From contig RKRQ01000015.1 in the NCBI GenBank assembly GCA_007571325.1, positions 1-55,132 on the forward strand: a DNA stretch of 55,132 nucleotides, in the 5' to 3' direction. The stretch's first letter is position 1. Every line of letters starts with the position of its first letter. Under the pieces are notes generated by a model that saw only the letters and a program-made list of their open reading frames with translations, was not told where the DNA came from and ran no database searches. The position numbers and the translations under genes are program-made. This DNA is from Candidatus Dadabacteria bacterium (GTDB taxonomy: Bacteria > Desulfobacterota_D > UBA1144 > Nemesobacterales > Nemesobacteraceae). Of this stretch, positions 28,866 through 39,469 are shown in pieces.

Positions 28866-29008
28866 AGCATTTTTCCTCTTTCTTCAATAGAGTAGCTATT
28901 GCGTGCGAATCAAAGGCGGATTCTTCTCAGAACGGGGAAGGATACCACAAGAAGACACCTTTGCAACAACAGAGTACAGAATGCAGGCTTACGTAAGAAT
29001 CCAGAGCC

Positions 29009-29347
29009 TCAGCGAAGTTTGGGATTGTTTGCGTGCCGTTTCCCGTCCCTATGCGTTTTCTTTTCAAAGTTCTTTCTCAAAACCTCCGTAAGATCAACCC
29101 CCGTCTGGTTCGCTATGCAAGTCAAGACAAAGAAAACGTCGGCAAGCTCATCTCCAAGTTCCTGTTGACCTTCATCTCCCTTGAAGCTCTGCTCCCCGTA
29201 TGTCCTGGACATTACTCTAGCGACTTCACCCACCTCCTCAACAAGCTGCGCAAGATTGGTAAGTTCAGAAAAATACCGAACTCCAACTTCCTTTATCCAC
29301 TCATCAACTTCGTGTTGATATTCCCTGACCGTTATATCACTAGGCAT
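29009..29347 (-). CDS. MazG-like nucleotide pyrophosphohydrolase (YpjD type)
   Basis: YFSELTN, EEVGEVAR, YGEQSFK, ELADV, ANQTGVDL; AGGAGG SD. Confidence 0.9.
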   Translation of the reverse strand: MPSDITVREYQHEVDEWIKEVGVRYFSELTNLAQLVEEVGEVARVMSRTYGEQSFKGDEGQQELGDELADVFFVLTCIANQTGVDLTEVLRKNFEKKTHRDGKRHANNPKLR

Positions 29348-29396
29348 AAAACCTCCTGAGATCCTCTGTATACGCAACCCCCGTGCTTTCTTAATT

Positions 29397-30206
29397 CTAC
29401 CACCCGAATTCCGAAAGAAGCGACTGTCTCATAACCTCATAACTCTTAGGAGCAAACGGCATTGCATCACCGTCCACACCGCTTACGTAAACAACACCCG
29501 CAACAGCGTTTGTAAGAAAAGCGTAATCGCTTGAGAGAAGCTCATCAAGAGAAAAACTCCCACAGAACACCTCGTAACCCAGCTGTTCTACCGCGCGCAA
29601 AACGATTTCCCTCGTTACACCGGGCAAAATGGGACACTCAAAGGATGGAGTGAAAAGTTTTTTTTTCTTTACCCAGAAAACATTATGGCTCGAGGTTTCC
29701 GCCACCCTGCCATCAGTATCAAGAAAAAGAACTTCGTCAAATCCCTTTTCTCGGGCTTCCCTTTTCCCCAAAACGTTTCCGAGGTAATTAAGAGTCTTGT
29801 ACGAAAAAAGACGGTTCCGAGGAGGTCTTCTCTCCCCGCATACCCAAAGAGAAGCGGTCTGCGGACTTTCGACACGGGGTCGTACAGAGACAAGAAGTGA
29901 GGACGCCCGGGGAGAGGAATAAAAAACCTCTTCGCCTTCGCTCAAAAGACACGCTTTTATATGCAGGTCGTTTCCCGGCGCTCTCTCCGCAGCTTCCTCA
30001 ATCCGAAGTCTAACCTTATCTTCCGAAGGAAACGGAATGCCGAGAAAATCGGCACCGGCGCGCATTCTCTTAAGATGCATGGAAAGAAAAACCGGAGGGC
30101 CATTTTTCCACCTGAAGCTTTCAAAGACCCCTTCTCCGTAAAAAAGGGCCCGAAGGGCAGGCAGAGACTCAAGGCTTTTTCCGTTCAGAAAAAAAAGTTT
30201 CTCCAT
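29397..30206 (-). CDS. pabC: class IV PLP enzyme, probable 4-amino-4-deoxychorismate lyase
   Basis: YGEGVFES, HLKR, KTLNY, ILPGVTR; follows pabB. Confidence 0.8.
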   Translation of the reverse strand: MEKLFFLNGKSLESLPALRALFYGEGVFESFRWKNGPPVFLSMHLKRMRAGADFLGIPFPSEDKVRLRIEEAAERAPGNDLHIKACLLSEGEEVFYSSPRASSLLVSVRPRVESPQTASLWVCGERRPPRNRLFSYKTLNYLGNVLGKREAREKGFDEVLFLDTDGRVAETSSHNVFWVKKKKLFTPSFECPILPGVTREIVLRAVEQLGYEVFCGSFSLDELLSSDYAFLTNAVAGVVYVSGVDGDAMPFAPKSYEVMRQSLLSEFGW

Positions 30207-30215
30207 GACCGATGA

Positions 30216-31442
30216 TTATATCATCCGTCGGAATGCAACCGACGTAAAAGCTTTTGCTTTAAGCTCTGTCTCTTTGTATTCCTCGTCGGCGTTCGAATCC
30301 CACACTATTCCGCCTCCGAACCAGAAATTCGCACCCTCAGAGGTATTAACCCCTGTGCGGATCGCGACGCTCATAGTGAAGTCTCCATCAGGGGGGAAAA
30401 GACATATAGCCCCGCAGTAAGGACCTCTTAAATGGGGCTCGAGGCTATCTATTATGCGAAGAGCTTCTCTTTTAGGGGCCCCGGTAACGGACCCCGGAGG
30501 AAATGTGCTAGCAATTATCTGCGAGAGTCCGATGCCAGGACGAAGAGATCCCTCGATTTCGGATTCCATCTGGAAAAGCGTGCTGTAGCGCCTTACGGAA
30601 AATAGTTCTCCCACCTCTACGGAACCGTACTCGCATATTCTGCCGAGATCGTTTCTCATGAGATCAACTATCATGAGATTTTCAGCACGTTCCTTGGGAC
30701 TTTCCCCGAGCGCCTGAGCAAGTTTTCCGTCAAGCAGGGGATCCGGGTCCCTTCGAGTCGTTCCCTTTATGGGCCTTGTTGTAATTCTGTCTCCTCTTTT
30801 TTTGAGAAAAAGCTCCATTGAACCACTTACAAGCTGAAAGTCCGGAAAACTGACAAGGGCGGCGAAGGGAACCGGCTGGGCGCGGTAAAAATCCACAAAC
30901 CATGAAAAAGGGTCGTCCAAGGGTTCAAAGTAAAATTTACGTGACAAATTTACTTGGTAAACGTCACCGGCGGCTATATGATCTTTTATTGCCGAAACTT
31001 TTTGGGCATATTCGTTCTTTTCGATATTGGAGAGCGAAGGACCCCCGGGACAGCCTTTCCATGAAGAAGCAACTGCAAGCGCCTCCTCGCAGGAAGTGGT
31101 ATAAAAGCTGTTTTTTTTATAGAAGTTGAAAAACAAAAAGGGAATTTTTTCTCCCTCATCCCCATCCCCGGAGGTAACAATCCCCGGAGTCGTGTACCGA
31201 AGATAATCATAGCTTATATAGCCAAGAGCGGTATAGCCTTCCGCCGCCAGTCGTTCGACAAAACATAGCGGGTCTTCAGGGAAAACTTCCTCTCTGGAAT
31301 CAGAAAACACCCTGGTTCCGTCGCCCGAGAAACAGACGGCTATATCCGGTTCGCCGAAAACTCCAGCCATTGGAGAGGACCTGGAATCAAACCACCCTCC
31401 GCCCGAATCTATCAAAAGGGATTTTGGCTTGTCAAACTTCAT
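30216..31442 (-). CDS. pabB: aminodeoxychorismate synthase component I
   Basis: GDVYQVNLS, PIKGT, KERAENLMIVDLMRND, FPPGSVTGAPK. Confidence 0.88.
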   Translation of the reverse strand: MKFDKPKSLLIDSGGGWFDSRSSPMAGVFGEPDIAVCFSGDGTRVFSDSREEVFPEDPLCFVERLAAEGYTALGYISYDYLRYTTPGIVTSGDGDEGEKIPFLFFNFYKKNSFYTTSCEEALAVASSWKGCPGGPSLSNIEKNEYAQKVSAIKDHIAAGDVYQVNLSRKFYFEPLDDPFSWFVDFYRAQPVPFAALVSFPDFQLVSGSMELFLKKRGDRITTRPIKGTTRRDPDPLLDGKLAQALGESPKERAENLMIVDLMRNDLGRICEYGSVEVGELFSVRRYSTLFQMESEIEGSLRPGIGLSQIIASTFPPGSVTGAPKREALRIIDSLEPHLRGPYCGAICLFPPDGDFTMSVAIRTGVNTSEGANFWFGGGIVWDSNADEEYKETELKAKAFTSVAFRRMI

Positions 31443-31486
31443 AAACTTCTCGTTCTAAGACTCAAAGTGTCTGTATGGGAGTTTGA

Positions 31487-33487
31487 TTACGATGGGGGTG
31501 GAGCATCTGTCTTAACCGAGCGGTTAAGTATCTCAGCTATGTCCTGGATTCCTATATCCTCTTCTTTCCCTTTAAATCTTGCGGCGTCGTCGAACATGGT
31601 GTTGCAGAAATAGCACGCGGTAGCCAATGTGTCAGGGTTAATTTCCGCCGCTTCATCAAAGCGGTTCCAGTTAACCCTCGGGGCTTCTTCCTCCATCCAG
31701 ATCTTTCCTCCCCCGGCGCCACAGCAGAAACTTTTTGTCCTGTTCCTCTTCATCTCCACAAGATCGATTCCAGGGATGCTTTTAAGTATCTCTCTGGGAG
31801 AATCGTAAACATTGTTGTAGCGTCCTATGTAGCAGGAATCATGGTAGGTTATTTTTTCCTCAATTGGGGCGTCGGGGTTGAGTCTGCCATCTTGGATAAG
31901 CTGTAAGAGAAAATCGGTATGGTGAACAACCTCATAGTGTCCTCCGAACTGCGGATACTCGTTTTTTATCGTGTTGAAGCAATGCGGGCAGTTTGCGAGA
32001 ATCTTTTTCACCTTAAGCTCGTTCATCGTCTCGATATTCTGGACGGCGAGCATCTGGTAAAGAGCCTCTTCTCCCAACCTTCTAGCGGGGTCTCCCGTGC
32101 AGGTTTCCCCAGGACCCATCACGGCAAAGTTAACCCCGGCGATTTTAAGCAGGGTTACTATCGCTTTTGAGACTTCCTGTCCCCTAGGGTCATAGCCCCC
32201 GAAACATCCCGTCCAGTAAATCACGTCAAACTCGCTTGCGTTCTCGGCGGAAACACCGAGTATGGGAACTTCCATATCCGAGAGCCAAGCACCGCGGTCA
32301 GCTTCGGGAAATCCCCAGGGGTTTCCGTTGTTCTGAAGTTTCTGAAGAGTCCTCGTGGCAGTTCCACTCAGGCGACCTTCAAGCGTCAGAAATCTTCTCA
32401 TGTCCATTATCTTCCCCATCTGATCAATGAAAAGCGGGCACTGCTCTACACACGCGTTGCATGTCGTACACGCCCAAAGCTCCTCGGGCGTCACCCACTC
32501 GGTGTCGGGAAGGTCGGGCTGTTCTTCCTGAGGTTTCCCCGCCAGTATCTCCTTTCCCTCGCTCGAGGCGTAATGGCGAAGTTTGACAACTATATCTCTG
32601 GGAGAAAGAACCTTCTCCGTGTTCCACGCCGGACAGTTGTCCGTGCATCTTCCACACTCGGTGCAGGTATAGGCGTCGAGTATGTCCTTCCAGCTGAAAT
32701 CGGCTATCTTCGAAGAGCCAAAGTGGTCGAGATCATCGGGAATGTCTTCAAAGTCAAGTTTGGAGAGCTGTCCGCGGGGCTTTAAATTCTGAAAAAAAAC
32801 GTTGAAAACCGCGGTCAGAACATGACTGTGCTTTGAGTAAGGCAGATAATTCAGAAAAGAAAGCACTATGAGAACGTGAAACCACCAGAAAAACTCCTTC
32901 CAGAAAGAAGTGCTTCCGGCGCTCATCCCGTCGTAGAGCCCGGAAAACGCCCCGGACACAGGCAGCATGGCAGGGTTTGCCTCGGCCAGCGCTATCTTCG
33001 CCCCAGTGGTTAGGAAAGCAGTGATCATGAGGCCGAAGATGAGACCCAGTATCACCACCGCATCAGGCCCGTTAACCTCCCTTCTTCTGCCTATGGTGAG
33101 CCTGTTTATTATACCCATGGCTATGGCAACCAGAACCAGGGCCTGCACTATGTCCAGAACCAGTTCATATATCTCCCCAAGAAACCCCGGGAAAATATGA
33201 AATCCAGAAATAACTCCGCTTACCAGCATCTCCACCGTCCCCACGGTTATTATCACGAAGCCCCAGAAAATCATAGCGTGCTCTATGCCTGCGAAACGGT
33301 ATTTGAAAAGTCTTCTCTGCCCGAATACGTAAACGATTACCTTTCTTATCCTCTGGGGAATATCGTTCAGCCTGTCGTCTTCTTTCTTGCCCAGGGTTAT
33401 GAGCCTTAAGAGAAGACGGATGTTGTAAGCGAAAAAACCGAATGAGGCTATAAGCAATAAAAGCATTATGGCAGATTTGGGATCCAT
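31487..33487 (-). CDS. membrane-bound Fe-S oxidoreductase (FadF/HdrD-like, CCG domains)
   Basis: N-terminal TM module with His residues, CTECGRC...CP, CTTCNAC...CP, CPHC, CCGAGGG; AGGAG SD before MDPK. Confidence 0.88.
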   Translation of the reverse strand: MDPKSAIMLLLLIASFGFFAYNIRLLLRLITLGKKEDDRLNDIPQRIRKVIVYVFGQRRLFKYRFAGIEHAMIFWGFVIITVGTVEMLVSGVISGFHIFPGFLGEIYELVLDIVQALVLVAIAMGIINRLTIGRRREVNGPDAVVILGLIFGLMITAFLTTGAKIALAEANPAMLPVSGAFSGLYDGMSAGSTSFWKEFFWWFHVLIVLSFLNYLPYSKHSHVLTAVFNVFFQNLKPRGQLSKLDFEDIPDDLDHFGSSKIADFSWKDILDAYTCTECGRCTDNCPAWNTEKVLSPRDIVVKLRHYASSEGKEILAGKPQEEQPDLPDTEWVTPEELWACTTCNACVEQCPLFIDQMGKIMDMRRFLTLEGRLSGTATRTLQKLQNNGNPWGFPEADRGAWLSDMEVPILGVSAENASEFDVIYWTGCFGGYDPRGQEVSKAIVTLLKIAGVNFAVMGPGETCTGDPARRLGEEALYQMLAVQNIETMNELKVKKILANCPHCFNTIKNEYPQFGGHYEVVHHTDFLLQLIQDGRLNPDAPIEEKITYHDSCYIGRYNNVYDSPREILKSIPGIDLVEMKRNRTKSFCCGAGGGKIWMEEEAPRVNWNRFDEAAEINPDTLATACYFCNTMFDDAARFKGKEEDIGIQDIAEILNRSVKTDAPPPS

Positions 33488-33667
33488 CCAGTTTCTCCTA
33501 AGCAAGACATGCGGGAAAGCGGATATAAATTATATTAAATCAACGGGCTTTAATCAAGCTGAGAGCCAGGGCATCATGGAAAACCATTCAATAGTTAAAA
33601 ATCCTACCCGACGCCAGATTCCATCTTTCGGAAAATCCCCGGTACTGTATGATTTAGGGAAAAGCTC

Positions 33668-34267
33668 ATGAAAATTCTTCTCTACTACGACTACATATGC
33701 CCCTTTTGCTTTCTGGCCACAGAAAGGGTTCTCAAAGTGGCAAAAGAGTTTGACCTTGAAGTGAAGTGGCTCGGAGTGGAAATCCACCCTGAATATACGG
33801 TTGAGGGAAAAAGGCGGAGAAAAACCGAGAAAACTCTTCGTATTTCTCAAACCTTGGAAACCGTAGCGGCCGAGGACAGGATGAAAATAAAACTCCCGGG
33901 GTTTGTCACCAACTCCAGACTATGTCTTGAAGCAGCTGAGTTCGCGAAGGGAAAAAACAGATTCATGGAGTTTCACAAAGCCTCCTACACGGCATACTTC
34001 ATGGAGGGGAAAAACATAGGCATTCTCGAAGTCGTTCTTGAGGCAGGCAAAAGAGCGGGGCTTTGCCCCGAGGAACTTTCCCACTCTCTTGAGAAAAGGA
34101 TTTTTTCCGAAAGAATAGAGGAGAACATGGAAAGCGCGAGGAAAAACGATGTCTTCGGCGTTCCTACTTTCTATCTAGGCGGGCTAAGGATACACGGAAT
34201 CCAGCCGGTCGAATCGTACAGAAAACTGATAGCGAAAGAGCTTCGGCGAGAGCATTCTCTTCACTAA
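33668..34267 (+). CDS. DsbA/FrnE-family thioredoxin-fold protein
   Basis: YDYICPFC, GVPTF. Confidence 0.88.
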   Translation: MKILLYYDYICPFCFLATERVLKVAKEFDLEVKWLGVEIHPEYTVEGKRRRKTEKTLRISQTLETVAAEDRMKIKLPGFVTNSRLCLEAAEFAKGKNRFMEFHKASYTAYFMEGKNIGILEVVLEAGKRAGLCPEELSHSLEKRIFSERIEENMESARKNDVFGVPTFYLGGLRIHGIQPVESYRKLIAKELRREHSLH

Positions 34268-34309
34268 ACACCGCAATGGAACTTCCCCGTCACTTTCTCA
34301 GCGAGGAAT

Positions 34310-35536
34310 TTATTTCTCTACCCGAAGACGAACTTCACGTATCATCCTCGCCGTTGAGGAAACCACAGTGAACGTCTTTCTTCCGAAGACTATGACGGTT
34401 CCTGGAGCAGGAATTGATCCATGTCTGTAAAGAAGAAATCCTCCCAGAGTCTCATAATCCTCGCCCTCGGGAATAGCGAGTCCGAGGCCGTCGTTCAGGC
34501 GGCCTATCTCGACTGTGGGATCTATGAGATACCGCCCGGCGCCAAGCTTTCTCCACGGGGTCTGACCTGTATCATATTCGTCCTCTATCTCCCCCACGAC
34601 TTCTTCAATTATATCTTCGAGGGTTATAATCCCGACCGACCCACCGTACTCGTCGACTACGACGGCCATTCCAGCGCGTCCCCCCTTCATCTCATCCATA
34701 AGCTCGTTCACCAGTTTCGACTCTGGAACATAGAGAGGAGGAAGAGAGTAGCGCTCCACACTCTGTTCAAGATCCTGTTCGCCTAGAACATAAAACGAGT
34801 TCAGTATACCGGTTATGTTGTCGACCCGGTCGGAGAAAATCGGGACCCTCGAGTGGCTTTTTTCCGCTATGAGTCTGTTCAAGTCCCGAAGCGTAGATCT
34901 TCTCTCAAGCGCATCCACCTTCACCAGCGGAATCATTATCTCTCCCACCGTAGTCTCGGAGTAACCGAAGATCCTGCGAAGAACCCTCCTTTTGTAATCT
35001 ACGCTCGGTTTGTTCTCGTCTTCCTCCATCACGTCCTCAAGCTCCTCGCGCGTTATGGACCTCGTCTTTTCACCAGAGCGGTACAGTATTCCACGGGTAA
35101 AGAAATTGACGAAGAAAAGCACCGGAGAGAGAACCTTGGAGAAAAACCAGAGCGGATAGATAATCCAGAGCACTATTGAATTTCTTTTGCTCTCGAAAAC
35201 CGCTTTTGGAACCACTTGACCGAAAATTACAATAAGTGGAGAAAGTACAGCCACCGTGTAGATGCCGCTTCCTTGTCCCAAGGTCTCCTCAAAATAAAAG
35301 GTGAGCACCAAGGTGTTTATTATAAGCGAAAGATTAACCCCTATAAGAGTGGTACCGATAAAACTCTCAATCTTCGAGTAAGCGTCGAGAACCAGACCCG
35401 CGGAGGCCGAACCTTCCTCGGCAAGGGATCTCATTTTTATCTTATCGCAGGCAATCAGCGCTATCTCCGAACCGGCAAAAAAGGCCTGCAGAACCAAAAA
35501 CAGCAAAACCAGAAGAATTACAAGTTCAATGGACAT
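34310..35536 (-). CDS. CNNM/CorB-type (hemolysin-family) CBS-domain protein
   Basis: FFAGSE, FGQVVPK, HSRVP, VVDEYGG, EDIIEEVVGEIEDEYD. Confidence 0.9.
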   Translation of the reverse strand: MSIELVILLVLLFLVLQAFFAGSEIALIACDKIKMRSLAEEGSASAGLVLDAYSKIESFIGTTLIGVNLSLIINTLVLTFYFEETLGQGSGIYTVAVLSPLIVIFGQVVPKAVFESKRNSIVLWIIYPLWFFSKVLSPVLFFVNFFTRGILYRSGEKTRSITREELEDVMEEDENKPSVDYKRRVLRRIFGYSETTVGEIMIPLVKVDALERRSTLRDLNRLIAEKSHSRVPIFSDRVDNITGILNSFYVLGEQDLEQSVERYSLPPLYVPESKLVNELMDEMKGGRAGMAVVVDEYGGSVGIITLEDIIEEVVGEIEDEYDTGQTPWRKLGAGRYLIDPTVEIGRLNDGLGLAIPEGEDYETLGGFLLYRHGSIPAPGTVIVFGRKTFTVVSSTARMIREVRLRVEK

Positions 35537-36866
35537 CTCCACCATCCTCTTTATCAACGTCAACTCTTATCTCTGAAATCCTTTTCCCCTCCTTGCCTTC
35601 CACAGTGAAAACCAGGCCGCCGAAATTTACTTTCTCTCCTTCCGAGGGAAGTCTGCCGAAAAGGTCGAATACGAAACCGCCCATAGTCTCATTTTCGTTT
35701 TCAAGTGGAATCAGAGCTTCCTCCATAACTTTTCCCAAGTTTTCAAGCCCCGCTCCACGCGCAACCGAGAAAAGATAATCGTCGTTAAACTCCTCTATTC
35801 TCATCCCTCCAGGAATCGTAACGGCACCCCCGCACACCACAGGAGTGGGCTTCTTGAGCATTGATCTCTCGTCTTCTATCTCTCCGAAAAGTTCCTCCAG
35901 TATGTCCTCCATGGTTATCAGACCATCAAACCTCCCGTACTCATCAACCACTATCGCTATATGTATCCTGTGCATCTGAAATTCGCGCAGAAGCGCTCCC
36001 GCAGGCTTTGACTTGGGGATAAAATAGGGCTTTCTCAAACACTCGCTTACCGTAGCAGCCGAGTTGTTATCGGCAAAGTTCCATTTAAGAAGATCCTTGC
36101 TGTAGAGAACGCCTACTATGTTGTCCCGTTCATCCTCATAAACTGGAATCCTAGAGTGACCCATCTTGCGAACCTGCCCGACAGCCTCTTTGATCTTCAC
36201 ATCGTGGGCAAGCGTAAAACAGTCTATAGCGGGAGTCATTATTTTGTGGGTAAGCAAATCTTCAAGCCTGAAAAAACCGTCGGCAAGATATTTCTCTACC
36301 TCATTTAATACTCCCTCGTCTCTTCCCATTCCCACCAGGATTTCAAGTTCGTCCGAGGAAATATCGTCTTCTCCGGTGCGACGACTCAGGTCCACCCCCA
36401 AAGCCCTTATGAAAAAACCTGATACAAACATGATTCCCCACCTAATCGGCGTAACTGCGACATGGAAAAAATAAAGGGGAATAGCAACTGCCTTCGAAAT
36501 GGTCCTAGGGAATTTCACCCCCGCGGTTTTGGGGACGATCTCCCCGAACACGAGAAGCGTCGGAGAGGCTATGGCCAAAGAAATAAGGGCAACTGTCTGC
36601 TCGGGGGTGTCCTGAAGGTATTTTCTTGCCGTAAGACCTATTACGCTGGAATAAGCTATGTTGAAAATTTCGTCCGCAAGAAGAACCGTGGTTATAAGCT
36701 TGTGGGAATTGGACAGAAGCTTTTCTATGGCCGTCGAAATCCTGCCCTGACGTTTTGATATGTTTTCTCTCTGAGGACGACTCAGAGAGAAAAGCGCACC
36801 CTCGCTAAAGCAGAAAAATGCTGAGCAGGACAGAAGAAAAAGAATCAGAATAAAATTTTCGTCCAA
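35526..36866 (-). CDS. CNNM/CorB-type CBS-domain protein, second paralogue
   Basis: [40 protein letters not shown]. Confidence 0.9.
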   Translation of the reverse strand: MDENFILILFLLSCSAFFCFSEGALFSLSRPQRENISKRQGRISTAIEKLLSNSHKLITTVLLADEIFNIAYSSVIGLTARKYLQDTPEQTVALISLAIASPTLLVFGEIVPKTAGVKFPRTISKAVAIPLYFFHVAVTPIRWGIMFVSGFFIRALGVDLSRRTGEDDISSDELEILVGMGRDEGVLNEVEKYLADGFFRLEDLLTHKIMTPAIDCFTLAHDVKIKEAVGQVRKMGHSRIPVYEDERDNIVGVLYSKDLLKWNFADNNSAATVSECLRKPYFIPKSKPAGALLREFQMHRIHIAIVVDEYGRFDGLITMEDILEELFGEIEDERSMLKKPTPVVCGGAVTIPGGMRIEEFNDDYLFSVARGAGLENLGKVMEEALIPLENENETMGGFVFDLFGRLPSEGEKVNFGGLVFTVEGKEGKRISEIRVDVDKEDGGDVH

Positions 36867-36890
36867 AAAAACCTCACCCCCGTCAAGGAG

Positions 36891-37865
36891 TCAGCAGAAA
36901 TGCTCAAACCCTTCTGTGTCGTAAAAAACTTCCTCCCCGCCTTCTCCAAAAAACCTTATCCTCCGCTCGCCGGTCACCGAACCGATTTTGGAGACGGCAA
37001 CTCCGCAAAGGCGGGAAACCTGTTCTATTGCGGCGCGGTTTTTCCCAGAGGTAAAAAGAAGTTCGTAATCCTCCCCCCCTGAAACCGCAAGGCGGTAGGG
37101 ATCCTCAGAAAACTCTCGGGAGAGAGAAACAAAACCCGAGGAGAGCGGAAGTTCCCCCAAGTTAACCTCGGCTCCCAGTCCGTGCTCCGTTGTCAACTTT
37201 CCGAGATCACAGAAAAGCCCGTCGCTTATATCTATCATGGATGAGGCGACCCCGCGCTCAGCAATCATCCGGCCCAGGGAAAGTCGCGGCGTGGGATTAA
37301 TATGTCTTGAAATTAAATCCCGGTACCCGGAAATTTCGGGGACACTAGACAGTATCCTGAGACCAATAGCGGAATCTCCCAGAGTTCCGGATACATATAT
37401 ACCGTCTCCTTCGGATGCGCCGGAGCGGCGCACCATACGGTCAGCCGAAACTTCTCCAAGCGCCGTCATATTTATGAAAATTGTTTGAGATTCAGAAAGA
37501 TTTCCTCCGACCAGAGAGACCTCAAATTCCTGACAGCCTTCTCTCACTCCCATAGAGACGCCTTCAATGAACTGCACCGCTTCGGCACTCCGACACCCAA
37601 TGGAGCAGAGCAGAAACTTCGGCACGGCCCCCATAGCTCCTATGTCGCTTACGGACACGCAGACGGCCTTTTTCCCGAGTTGGCTTGGGGTTTGGTTCTC
37701 AAGATCGAAGTGAACGCCTTGAACAAGCGTATCGGTCGAAGCGACCAAGCAGGCTTTGTTTCTGAGTTCTAAAACAGCGGAATCGTCCCCTATCCCTATC
37801 AAAACTTCTTTTCTGGCAACCTTGAACCTCTCGGCTAAAAATCTCAAGGCTTTTGTTTCACCCAT
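36891..37865 (-). CDS. thiL: thiamine-monophosphate kinase
   Basis: GIGDDSA, SDIGAMG, GGN, IDISDGL, GGEDYELLFT; TTGACA-17-TACACT promoter at 37878-37906. Confidence 0.95.
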   Translation of the reverse strand: MGETKALRFLAERFKVARKEVLIGIGDDSAVLELRNKACLVASTDTLVQGVHFDLENQTPSQLGKKAVCVSVSDIGAMGAVPKFLLCSIGCRSAEAVQFIEGVSMGVREGCQEFEVSLVGGNLSESQTIFINMTALGEVSADRMVRRSGASEGDGIYVSGTLGDSAIGLRILSSVPEISGYRDLISRHINPTPRLSLGRMIAERGVASSMIDISDGLFCDLGKLTTEHGLGAEVNLGELPLSSGFVSLSREFSEDPYRLAVSGGEDYELLFTSGKNRAAIEQVSRLCGVAVSKIGSVTGERRIRFFGEGGEEVFYDTEGFEHFC

Positions 37866-37968
37866 TTCCGAAGTAAAAGTGTATTGTAAGCTTGGTTAAG
37901 TGTCAATCACGCCTCCGTACCCGAAAAATTTCTCCAGCTTACCCCTTTGCTGCTGAAAGCCGTTCTTA

Positions 37969-37997
37969 TTGACACTGAAGAAAAGCGTGGTTAGAAT
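37969..37997 (+). promoter_or_regulatory. sigma-70 promoter of dnaA
   Basis: TTGACA-17 bp-TAGAAT. Confidence 0.75.
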
Positions 37998-38083
37998 CAA
38001 ATTTACTTTCCAGAGGGTGGTTGGGATTTTCTGTTAAGGGTCTGTTTTTTTGTCGCTCTTTTTGATTTTCAGGGCAGGTACCG

Positions 38084-39469
38084 TTGAAACAAGCTGAAAA
38101 AGGTCAGACTGGTCAAGATGTGGTATTTGACTGGAAAGCGGTTCTTGAGCGCATCAAGTCTCACTCACCCCCCGACTGGCTGTTTTCAATAGAAGTAACG
38201 AGAACAGAAGGACGGAAGATTACTCTCGGGGCCAAGTCGCAATTTCAGGCTCTCTGGGCAAAAAACCACTACCTTCCTCTGATAAACGAAACCGCAGGCA
38301 ACCTCTACGGAAAGGAAATCTTTGAAATAACGATAGATACTGACGGCTCTGGCCCGAGCGGCGGAGAATCAAGAAAAAATGGTCGCGATGCCAAGCCGGA
38401 AGATAAAGAAGTCCGGGCTCCTCGGGCGGAAAGTTTTCCCAACTCGGCCAATTCGTTTGAGAATTTCATCGTAGGACCAAGCAACCAGTTCGCTCACGCC
38501 GCTTCTTACGCAATAGCGGAGAACCCCGGGAAAGCCTACAATCCGCTTTTCATACACAGCGGGGTAGGCCTCGGAAAAACCCATCTTCTTCACTCCATAG
38601 GGAACCACATACTTAAAAAAAACGGAAGCCGGATCAACATTTTCTGTATCTCCGCAGAGCATTTCACGAACGGAGTCATAAAGAGCATAAAAACCGGTTC
38701 CATGGACAACTTCAGGGATCTCTACAGATTCAACTGCGACGTTCTTCTGATAGACGACATTCAGTTCATTGCGGGAAAAAACAGCACTCAAGAAGAATTC
38801 TTCCATACCTTCAACTCTCTCTACACGGCAAAAAAACAGATAGTCATAACCAGCGACAAGCACCCAAGCTTAATAAAAAACTTCGAGGAGCGCCTCAAAT
38901 CACGATTTGAGTGGGGACTCACGGCGGATATACAACCACCGGAAGTAGAGACCAAAATAGCCATCATAGAGAAAAAGGCAGAAAAAGAGCGAATTGAGGT
39001 CCCGGCCGACGTAGCGTCATTTCTGGCGCAGAACATCGTTTCAAACGTAAGAGAACTTGAAGGATCGGTAAACAAGCTAGCCGCTTATTCAAAGATGTTC
39101 AACGAGAGAATAACCCTCGAACTGGCAAAAGACCTCCTAAAAAACCTGGTAAAAAAGGAAAGCCCAAAAATAATAACGATAGAATTAATCCAAAAAGAGG
39201 TAAGCTCGTTTTTCAACCTGACCGTGAAAGAGCTAAAATCCGACCAGAAACAGAAAAAAGTCTCAGAGCCCAGGCAGATAGCAATGTTTCTTTCAAGGAG
39301 GTATACTTCTTCGTCATTCCCCGAGATCGGAAGCAAGTTTGGTGGGAAAAACCACTCCACGGTAGTCCACGCGGTAAAAAACATCGAAAAAAAGATCTAC
39401 AGGGATCCTTCGGTCTCAAACGCCGTATCTGCTCTCTCCGCAAGCCTTGAGAAATTTATAACCTCCTGA
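38084..39469 (+). CDS. dnaA: chromosomal replication initiator DnaA
   Basis: YNPLFI, GLGKTHL, LLIDDIQF, QEEFFHTFN, RLKSRF, NVRELEG. Confidence 0.98.
   Translation: MKQAEKGQTGQDVVFDWKAVLERIKSHSPPDWLFSIEVTRTEGRKITLGAKSQFQALWAKNHYLPLINETAGNLYGKEIFEITIDTDGSGPSGGESRKNGRDAKPEDKEVRAPRAESFPNSANSFENFIVGPSNQFAHAASYAIAENPGKAYNPLFIHSGVGLGKTHLLHSIGNHILKKNGSRINIFCISAEHFTNGVIKSIKTGSMDNFRDLYRFNCDVLLIDDIQFIAGKNSTQEEFFHTFNSLYTAKKQIVITSDKHPSLIKNFEERLKSRFEWGLTADIQPPEVETKIAIIEKKAEKERIEVPADVASFLAQNIVSNVRELEGSVNKLAAYSKMFNERITLELAKDLLKNLVKKESPKIITIELIQKEVSSFFNLTVKELKSDQKQKKVSEPRQIAMFLSRRYTSSSFPEIGSKFGGKNHSTVVHAVKNIEKKIYRDPSVSNAVSALSASLEKFITS

Noticed and set aside
28866-29008. Folate riboswitch upstream of folE2
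   Set aside because: Only two small hairpins and a CCGTTC; no convincing match to THF riboswitch consensus by eye.
37866-38083. Hidden rpmH upstream of dnaA
   Set aside because: No MKRT(F/Y)QP-like frame; the gap holds two divergent promoters.
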